This document shows positions 59,201 through 64,000 of a stretch of DNA of 64,000 bases, one piece after another. Location of the stretch: the IMG/VR virus record IMGVR_UViG_3300017764_000001. One strand, given 5' to 3'. Source of the stretch: a virus (taxonomy: Duplodnaviria > Caudoviricetes). The notes beneath the pieces were generated by a model. It was not told the origin of the DNA. It ran no database searches and saw nothing but the letters and a program-made list of their open reading frames with translations. The stretch's first letter is position 1, and each line of letters opens with the position of its first letter. Position numbers and translations under genes: made by a program.

Positions 59201-62200
59201 TACTATAGATGGTTCTGCGATTGGGATATTAACATCTAGAGTTTTTGCAATAAGGCATGATGATAATGAATTTGGTATTGCAACAACTAAAGCACATGCT
59301 AATTCTGGAATAGGTATCACAGTTAAATCTTTTGGAAAGGGAAATGCTCATACATTTGAAATGGTTAAGTCAAATGAAAAAGCATTAATGGCAATTGACG
59401 GTATTGTTCAAACTCCAATAGCCAATACAAACATTACACATACTGTAAATAATAATCCTGTTTCTGGAATATCAACAGTTCAAACTACTTTTGCTTTAAG
59501 TGGAATTTCTTCCATAAGTGTCATCAACATTCTTAAAGTTGAAGAAGAATATATGAGAGTTGAAAATGTTGGTATTGGAACCTCTTCTATAGGACCTATC
59601 ACACCAGGAATAGGAACATTCAATCTGGTAACTGTTGAAAGAGGTGCAGTCGGTAGTTCTGCTACTTCTCATGCAAATGGATCAGTTGTTGAACTCTATA
59701 AAGGAAATTATAATATAGTTGATAGTAAAGTTCATTTTATTGAAGCACCTAGAGGAAATCCTCAGGGTCAAGATAAAAATGGATTACCATTCTCAAGATC
59801 TGTATTTAACGGTAGAGTTTATCTAAGAAATAATTATACCGGTAACTTCTTATATGATGATATATCAGATCAATTTACAGGAATAACATCAGAATTTAAT
59901 TTAACTGTTAATGGAGAAAATGTTACCGGTATAGGGACTAGTGGTGGACAAGGTGTATTATTCATTAACGGAATATTCCAGACACCAGAAACTGATAATA
60001 ATCCTCAACAAAATTATCAAATTATTGAAGATTTAACAGCAGGTATAACGACAGTTAAATTTACTGGAATGTATGTAAATGATATTGAACAAGATTTTAT
60101 TAGTGAATCTGATGTAAACGTAAATCAAATTCCTAGAGGTGGACTACCAATTAGTATTGGATCTACTGAAGGACTTGGATATGCTCCTTTGATAGGTGCA
60201 AAACTTCGTCCTGTAGTTGTAGGAGGTGTCATAACCGATGTTGTTGGTGTTGCTACAACAGGTTCATCTTTTGGAATTACAACAGCAGCATATAACAAGA
60301 CAACGGGTATTTTATCAGTTACCACTAATACAGATCATGGATTAGTATTTGGAAATCAAAGTAAAGATGAAGTGAGATTAGTTGGTTTAGAGTTTGATTG
60401 TCCACCAGGATCTGGAATTACAACAACAATATATCCGGAGAATGGTCCTAGAAATTATCAACTTGTTGGTGTTTCTTCTGCACAGACATTCCAAATAAAT
60501 GTTGGAACTAGTACAATTACACATAATTATGTTGGAAGTGGAACTGTGACACAGTTTTTCCCAGATCTAAGTTTTGGTTCTGGTTATAATGGAATTGTTT
60601 CTGTTTCAGTTGCGGTTACAGAATCTGGGCATTCGGGGACTGCTGCCGTAATAACTGGAGCACCTGTTGGATTTAACACACATAGATTTGTCAGTGCCAC
60701 AGCAGGAATTCAAAAATCTGGAAGTCCTGCAATTCAACCTGGAGATGGAACATCTTATGATCCTAGAGTTGGAATTCTAACAGTTGCAGCTGCATCTCAC
60801 GGACTTTCTACTAATGATTTGGTAACAATTGAAGATGGATCTTTAATATTCTCCTGTGCTCAAGATAGTTTCCAAACTTTACATGCATATCCAAGAAGCA
60901 CTGATTACATATCAGGAGTTTCCACTGCTATCACTAAAGTAAATAATGATAAATTTACAGTATTTGTTGGAACATCTCCAGCACATGGTGGAGGAGCACT
61001 AAAATTCACTATTTCCAATGGTGGAACAGGTTATAGTGATCCTGAAATATTTGTCTCCGAACCATCGTATGAAAATCTTTCTGTAGTAGGTATTTCTAGA
61101 AGAGGAATTGGTTCTACTACTGATACTGGAGTTGGATTGAAAATTGATGTCATACCAACTCCAAGTTCAGATTATACTGGAATAGGATCAGAATTATTTG
61201 AAGTATCTCAATTTAAAGTTAGCACTCCTGGATATGGATTCTTACCTGGAGATGAATTTAAAGCAGTTGGATTAGTTACTTCTAGATTTATAGAGTCCTT
61301 GATAAAAGAATTTAAAATGGAGGTCACAGAAGCATTCAGTGATGCATTCTCACTTTGGCAGTTTGGTGAATTTGATTACATTGACTCCATTAAACCATTA
61401 CAAAATGGCAGAAGAACTAGATTCCCATTAAAATATGAAAATGAAATAATTAGTGTTGAAGCTAATGATGCTTTTGATGTTGAATTAAATCCAATTTTAT
61501 TAATCTTTAGAAATAGAGTTATTCAAGAACCAGGAAAAACTTATGAATTTGTTGGAGGAACAACGGTCAATTTCAAAATTGCTCCAAGAATTGAAGATGA
61601 CATACACATTTTCTTCTATAAAGGAACCGATGGTGAAGATTCTGTTATAGTTGATGCTCCACCCAAACCAATTGAACTTGGTGATGAAGTGAAAGTTATG
61701 TCAAAACCAAATCAAGATGACCGATTAGTATCTGACTTTACTCAATCAGATACCATTAGAACAAATTCATATAGAGGTTTAGGTATAACAACAGAGTTTA
61801 AACCAGTCGAAGTTACAAGACAAAAAGATGATTTAATTCTTGATGGTAGATTAATTAGTAAATCTAGAGAGTTATTGGAACCTAAAATTTTCCCAACGGC
61901 AAAAATAATTTATGACGTTAATTCTACTGATGGACAGTTTTTTATAGATAATGTTGGTAGGTTATTCCATTATGAAAATGATTCATCGTCTTATGATGTA
62001 AGAATTGTTTCTGGAGAATCTAACCCAGTAGCATCTGCAGTAACAGCGACTGTTTCTGCAGCAGGAACGATAACAAATTTAACTATCGTAAGTGGTGGAT
62101 CTGGATATGAATCTATTCCTACATTAAAAATACAGGCACCTCCTACACAGATAGGTGTTGGTGTTGGAACCACAGCAACTGGTACAGTTACAATTAGTAA

Positions 62201-62852
62201 TGGTTCGGTTAATGGATTTACAATTACAAATCCTGGACTTGGATATTCTCAATTAAATCCACCTCAAGTTCTTGTATCTCTACCTGACTCTTTGAATGTA
62301 GAACTTGTTACTGGAATAACATCAATTAAGGGAGGTGATGGTGTTATTACTGGAATAGGAACTACAATTGTTGGTGGTAATTTGGGAATTGCATTTACTG
62401 CCGTCAATCAAATTAGTTTTGATGAAAACGTTTTTGTACCTGGCAATCCAATTTATATTTACAATACTGAAGTTGGAAATGGTGTTACATCTATCGATGG
62501 AAGTGATTCCGAAGTTGTTGGTATAGGAACTACATGTCTTGATAATGTTTACATTATAAAAGAGTTTAGCAGCACTGGAGTCCCACCAAATGATGTTATA
62601 GGAATAATTACATGTAGAATCGATTCTGGAACTGATACTACCCAGATTCCAACTACCGTTGGTTTTACGACAGATCCTATCGGTAAATTCTCTGTTGGTA
62701 TTGTGACTGGTGCTAACGTTACAAGATCATCAAATCCATTGTCTATTGGTGTTACTGGATTTACAATTAATTCTGGATTAAGCACATTCCCAACTCTTCA
62801 AAGATTTGGTGGAGGTCAAACTTTATTCAACACCGGAGCAATTTCCAAATAG
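50208..62852 (+). CDS. gp7: Baseplate wedge initiator (giant, 4214 aa)
   Basis: Between gp6 and gp8; SQLPNFI..FLKQYYISQE, FYQSKGT.ESF.ILF, IIGWAYDGNPIYG (YHYH-like insert), LVHTSG.K.F. Confidence 0.8.
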   Translation: MIQTGFETRIKIQNIVSSQLPNFILDESPKTVDFLKQYYISQEYQSGPIDLSTNLDQYLDLDNLIPEVVVDSTTITGDVTSSDSIINVSNTKGFPQEYGLLKIGNEIISYTGITTNSFTGCIRGFSGISSYRTDSDNEEIVFTKASAESHSSNSSVQNLSSLFLKEFYKKFKTTFAPGLENNNFVSTLNVGNFLKEIKSFYQSKGTDESFRILFEILYGDSPTVINLEENLIKPSFAEYRRREVAIAKVISGEASFLKGQGLFKENSNIVASISDISPFSIDNEIFYKLFLFVGYDEDSDIQGRFLSTPNSKCTEDVQTNASIINVDSTIGFGATGSLRSGSNVISYTDKTVNQFLNCEGVTTSISQGDLVHDKQIYYGYENGDINKKVELIFFTTLSNFIPDGNVNINENDPIGIKNLGDKVINPLQNKSPKQILANSWIYNTNSSYFISNYDTGTLELFSKIDKSSLKLGDFVEIVERDTGKVIFPDDSNNPFVALNGQEIQEKKSVTLDGGFNQDKLGITTDFNLRKILNKANIGSQSNVSFKYGNKSLISDIQNVYFDDEYAYVASNSLPSAKTRKGTTGFPFSEDIDIKIKKLVIDLDNQIGGILTSFNELTQEFSAIEIRDNLGKSVFKTGDKIFYQPQGDVLVGLETGNYFVEVIDGAGFNDQIKLYGSNYLIGTENHLTLSGAGTHTITLESQKSGIIGPQKLLKKFPIKQQLVDGNKEETIPGGIGLLINGVEITNYKSVDKVYYGPLKKINVLNGGENFDVINPPKIVIESGLGNTALAQPVVSGSIEEVLIDFDTYNFNIDKVISISVTGGNGSGCVLEPSILNTFREVEFDARIADVGGGINTITNQIIFDVEHGFISGQEVIYDSNLGVQVGIQTIGSGGKSNLVNKSTYVVDVTNNVSIRLHENFDDYSAGINTVSFTGATGSGIQKIKIGPLNVLKDIVVINPGERYTNKKLIVTSSGISTEYDWIQFENHGFNNGDLIDYSIASGDGTSSPQVISGLSTNKKYQVLKIDNNKFRLCDAGIGGTITDNFIRKNYVKINESSGTGYQQFSYPPINVDFRFSTVGLGTTSEQSITLTPIVKGSITSVDLYDKGAGYGSSIINYEDKPTISIQNGKDARVLPIISNGRIDFINVEYGGEDYYSVPDVVITDSSKSGSGCVLRAIIKNNKLDSVKVIKSGIGYSSADTSISIVSSGINQVLDSEIRDLTIITNEIFESNKLLIDNDDNELKYSVCGYDVDLFSDSNDSISGIIGWAYDGNPIYGPYGSKDPNEFTTPSTLVSGYTKSAASVIDRPSTDDFAEGFFVEDYQYDGTNADLDEHNGRYEKNKDFPNGVYAYHAVVDIKSKGNAPLFPFFIGNSFRSKKIAENFQFDFDQSYDFNNSTLQRNTLPYNTNEPFADNFFIKIKKNQKINVDKTTSGNINNISIVNGGENFKINDIIKFDNRETNGSGLNVKVSSLKGKEITKIDTVGITNNAVLTWGGSKIKVTIDTEHDFKNGDYISLSGISTDSLKRLEKYHRITVQDNSTSRTISSISAGAASTEIFVSFIPNYVSTGSTIGIGDEQLTVLNVFENLNVLRVLRGSPGVSHTESSLVNYNTKLFTVDGEFPFFDSKNNNQVRFNAAESVGLGTTSGTGFSTSFIFGSSTVSREIPTRGIYLENHPFKTNQLIRLTNPTLRKLIVYSSGPDGVLSDLINGNYYAVNKSKNVIGIKTGIGSSEVYFRGFSASGDTGNDDRYLFESIFDQVTSNVKSIKTTISVSTSHDLKKNDIVKLNIVPNLSVGIGTTASSVVVKVDNITKQILINPVGFNSSSINTTTNQISLINHEFKTGDKVRYTAPEVASGLDTGGYFILKVDDDNIKLGKVYSDVISINPKIVSIGASGGELHTLSLINPELKVTKNNNLSFNLSDSSLSGYEFKIYHDQDFKNEFVSTGNTTLFTILSSGINGTVGASLTVYSDNNSPTSLTYNIEKSGYISTSDKEVKNYSTIIFENSKYNKEFKVSSGVGVTTFNLYLEDDPERFSYLPSECEILEYSTTSKNAKGGIDSLNIISSGSGYKKLPSVVGSSSTIAENELITISSNKVGNIRDIDIINDEFKYYTDNTLRPTASLPSILEVKNGNTINSILVEDPGEGYFSAPSLVLVDKVTGEKLNTGFLEANFDGAISSVSILEEPKGLPDNGVVVKSIFNTNGFTIDTIDSTVGTGITCTLVTPISGFSTAPFKVGDEIYVEGILKSSNDGTGHNSEDYGYRFFKIKSIPDPLANPNPNPFKVEFDVVGLTTNTGIAVTISNGFGRIIPKSKYPSFEVVLNSSPFVPGEKVNVNGTQKNIEVVRSTEGELVLFGSDSEILKIGDKITGRGSLTSAEINKINENNGTFDVDFSYKTNIGWEDSVGKLSVDHQVIPDNDYYQNLSYSVRSNQTWKEIKSPVGRLVHTSGLKNFSDTQIISDAKTSVGSSEQSISISDTIDESRVDILRGIDLARDDESNGEVSNFLQFNKTRFVNFVDCKTNNVLPIDNINQQFSNLESDPDRFLNLDILDTSVRYDNYLIRIESFAHDEKQLQLSEFVLLSNGIDQTLFSKSELTNSGIAFTTFAEDKFGEYVIETNTEEDLSYLRFVPNDPNNIDYDLKFIKTSTISGTGIGTQSFGFIDLVSSNKTANTGITTTIFSKNIDEIESAYIVTKVINSSTKEMNFVETYVTHDGTDTYISEYFVDAGGETLNNRIGLSTASISNNQLVFLYENDTSDTIQIRSKIVGFGTTSSGNGEYRYLVDGQTAETERTAKYEASFKVGVGTTAIFSGYPLTFDAVKCNVEVSSAGTSKALHQITAIHDGTNAYLQQSQFLANNYDSTLGLGTFSATYSASNFIVNFHPEDTTGITTVKTFNQVFYKNIDENNDPNDLIYGNIIESAEFKFYNAINGNRINRKQFDLKNNNIDIFKKTFNPSVAITSSIVDVGIAYSAFNIKNHFFRTGEELIYTPKSTFVGVGSTPMQYTIDGSAIGILTSRVFAIRHDDNEFGIATTKAHANSGIGITVKSFGKGNAHTFEMVKSNEKALMAIDGIVQTPIANTNITHTVNNNPVSGISTVQTTFALSGISSISVINILKVEEEYMRVENVGIGTSSIGPITPGIGTFNLVTVERGAVGSSATSHANGSVVELYKGNYNIVDSKVHFIEAPRGNPQGQDKNGLPFSRSVFNGRVYLRNNYTGNFLYDDISDQFTGITSEFNLTVNGENVTGIGTSGGQGVLFINGIFQTPETDNNPQQNYQIIEDLTAGITTVKFTGMYVNDIEQDFISESDVNVNQIPRGGLPISIGSTEGLGYAPLIGAKLRPVVVGGVITDVVGVATTGSSFGITTAAYNKTTGILSVTTNTDHGLVFGNQSKDEVRLVGLEFDCPPGSGITTTIYPENGPRNYQLVGVSSAQTFQINVGTSTITHNYVGSGTVTQFFPDLSFGSGYNGIVSVSVAVTESGHSGTAAVITGAPVGFNTHRFVSATAGIQKSGSPAIQPGDGTSYDPRVGILTVAAASHGLSTNDLVTIEDGSLIFSCAQDSFQTLHAYPRSTDYISGVSTAITKVNNDKFTVFVGTSPAHGGGALKFTISNGGTGYSDPEIFVSEPSYENLSVVGISRRGIGSTTDTGVGLKIDVIPTPSSDYTGIGSELFEVSQFKVSTPGYGFLPGDEFKAVGLVTSRFIESLIKEFKMEVTEAFSDAFSLWQFGEFDYIDSIKPLQNGRRTRFPLKYENEIISVEANDAFDVELNPILLIFRNRVIQEPGKTYEFVGGTTVNFKIAPRIEDDIHIFFYKGTDGEDSVIVDAPPKPIELGDEVKVMSKPNQDDRLVSDFTQSDTIRTNSYRGLGITTEFKPVEVTRQKDDLILDGRLISKSRELLEPKIFPTAKIIYDVNSTDGQFFIDNVGRLFHYENDSSSYDVRIVSGESNPVASAVTATVSAAGTITNLTIVSGGSGYESIPTLKIQAPPTQIGVGVGTTATGTVTISNGSVNGFTITNPGLGYSQLNPPQVLVSLPDSLNVELVTGITSIKGGDGVITGIGTTIVGGNLGIAFTAVNQISFDENVFVPGNPIYIYNTEVGNGVTSIDGSDSEVVGIGTTCLDNVYIIKEFSSTGVPPNDVIGIITCRIDSGTDTTQIPTTVGFTTDPIGKFSVGIVTGANVTRSSNPLSIGVTGFTINSGLSTFPTLQRFGGGQTLFNTGAISK

Positions 62853-62856
62853 TCTT

Positions 62857-62864
62857 TATAAATA
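62857..62864 (+). promoter_or_regulatory. T4-type late promoter
   Basis: TATAAATA upstream of gp8. Confidence 0.7.
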
Positions 62865-62881
62865 TCTAAAAAACTATCGAT

Positions 62882-64000
62882 ATGTCCGCCGTAGTAACAG
62901 ATCAATTTAGAATTGCTAATGCCACTAGTTTTATAGAATCCGTTTTAAACGATAATAATTCTTATTACGTTTTTTTGGGATTACCTAATCCCACTGTGGC
63001 AGGATTTGGTAGAACTACAACATCTAACGATTGGCCTTTGGCACCTGTCGATAATTTGAGTTATCAAACACATTATAGAGACTCTATGTTGTTTGGTAAA
63101 AGGATAAATAGCGCTAATATTAGAAGAGTTGTAAAAAAGCATACTTGGGTTAAAAATAATCGTTATGACATGTATCGACATGATTATAGTGCCACTAATT
63201 TAGCACCTAATTCAAAAACTACTAATTTATACAGATCAAATTACTATGTAATGAATAGTGATTTTGAAGTTTATATTTGTATTGATAATGGATCAAGTGG
63301 ACTTCCAGCAGAATCTACTGCAAAAGGTAATAGATCCCTGATTGAACCAAATTTTAATGATGTAGAACCGATAACTCAATCTGATGGATATACCTGGAAA
63401 TATTTGTTTACCATTGCACCTAGTGATATTATAAAATTTGATTCTACCGAATATATTGTCTTACCAAATGATTGGTCTACAACAACAGATTCTCAAATAA
63501 AAACCATTCGTGAATCTGGCAATTCTGATACGAGTAAAAATCAAATAAAAAAAGTATATATCAAAAATCGAGGAAAAACCGGTGGATATGTATCTTCAGT
63601 GTCTTCAGGACCTCATACATTAAACATTTTTGGAGATGGCACAGGAGGAAAGGTTAGTGTAACAGTCACATCTACAGGTAAAATAGACACAGTAAAAGTA
63701 ATATCCGGGGGATCTGGATATACGTATGGTATTGTTGATTTAGGACCAATACAAACATCTGATGATAATAGTGATGCTTTGGGAGAATTAGTCCCTATTA
63801 TACCCCCATCAAAGGGACATGGGCATGATATTTATAAAGAACTTGGAGCTGATAAAGTTTTAATATATGCCAGATTTGACGATTCTTCTAAAGATTTTCC
63901 TGTAGACTCTACTTTTGCTCAGGTTGGAATTATTAAAAATCCTGAAAAATTTGCTTCAACGGATACATATAAAGCAAATGAATTTTCATCTTTAGATTCA
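62882..64000 (+). CDS. gp8: Baseplate wedge subunit, truncated by window end
   Basis: Not in ORF track (no stop). Manual: MSAVVTDQFRIANATSFIESV..YYVFLGLPNP..; later RYDMYRHDYS, VYICIDNG, DGYTWKYLFTI. Confidence 0.85.
   Translation, partial: MSAVVTDQFRIANATSFIESVLNDNNSYYVFLGLPNPTVAGFGRTTTSNDWPLAPVDNLSYQTHYRDSMLFGKRINSANIRRVVKKHTWVKNNRYDMYRHDYSATNLAPNSKTTNLYRSNYYVMNSDFEVYICIDNGSSGLPAESTAKGNRSLIEPNFNDVEPITQSDGYTWKYLFTIAPSDIIKFDSTEYIVLPNDWSTTTDSQIKTIRESGNSDTSKNQIKKVYIKNRGKTGGYVSSVSSGPHTLNIFGDGTGGKVSVTVTSTGKIDTVKVISGGSGYTYGIVDLGPIQTSDDNSDALGELVPIIPPSKGHGHDIYKELGADKVLIYARFDDSSKDFPVDSTFAQVGIIKNPEKFASTDTYKANEFSSLDS

Noticed and set aside
50208-62852. 4214-aa gp7 as an anomaly (intein or fusion)
   Set aside because: Very large gp7 proteins are usual in cyanomyoviruses, and I saw no intein or homing-endonuclease motifs.

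Overview
A 64-kb segment of an AT-rich T4-like cyanomyovirus (Kyanoviridae-type; carries cp12 and purC). (i) 1-33.1 kb is a late structural block: gp2, gp4, gp54/19-like, gp26, gp51, hub and lysozyme proteins, split gp5, several giant tail-fibre proteins (two with S74 chaperone domains), two Gly-rich adhesin-like paralogues and a 2OG-Fe(II) oxygenase. It is interrupted at 20.9-21.7 kb by a small island with two short ORFs and three tRNAs (Ile-TAT, CAT, Leu-TAA). (ii) 33.1-45.7 kb is an early/accessory region of mostly short genes, plus cp12, an SF2 helicase, a HEXXH peptidase, an RNA-ligase-like protein and purC. It is organised by nine copies of a palindrome+sigma70 promoter cassette, and contains an origin-like intergenic region with a CTCGWCGAG palindrome array and two copies of a 10-9-10 palindrome. 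(iii) 45.8-64 kb holds an AbrB-like gene, a glycosyltransferase-like gene and baseplate wedge genes gp25, gp6, gp7 and partial gp8. All family assignments come from motif recognition and synteny by eye; no searches were run.
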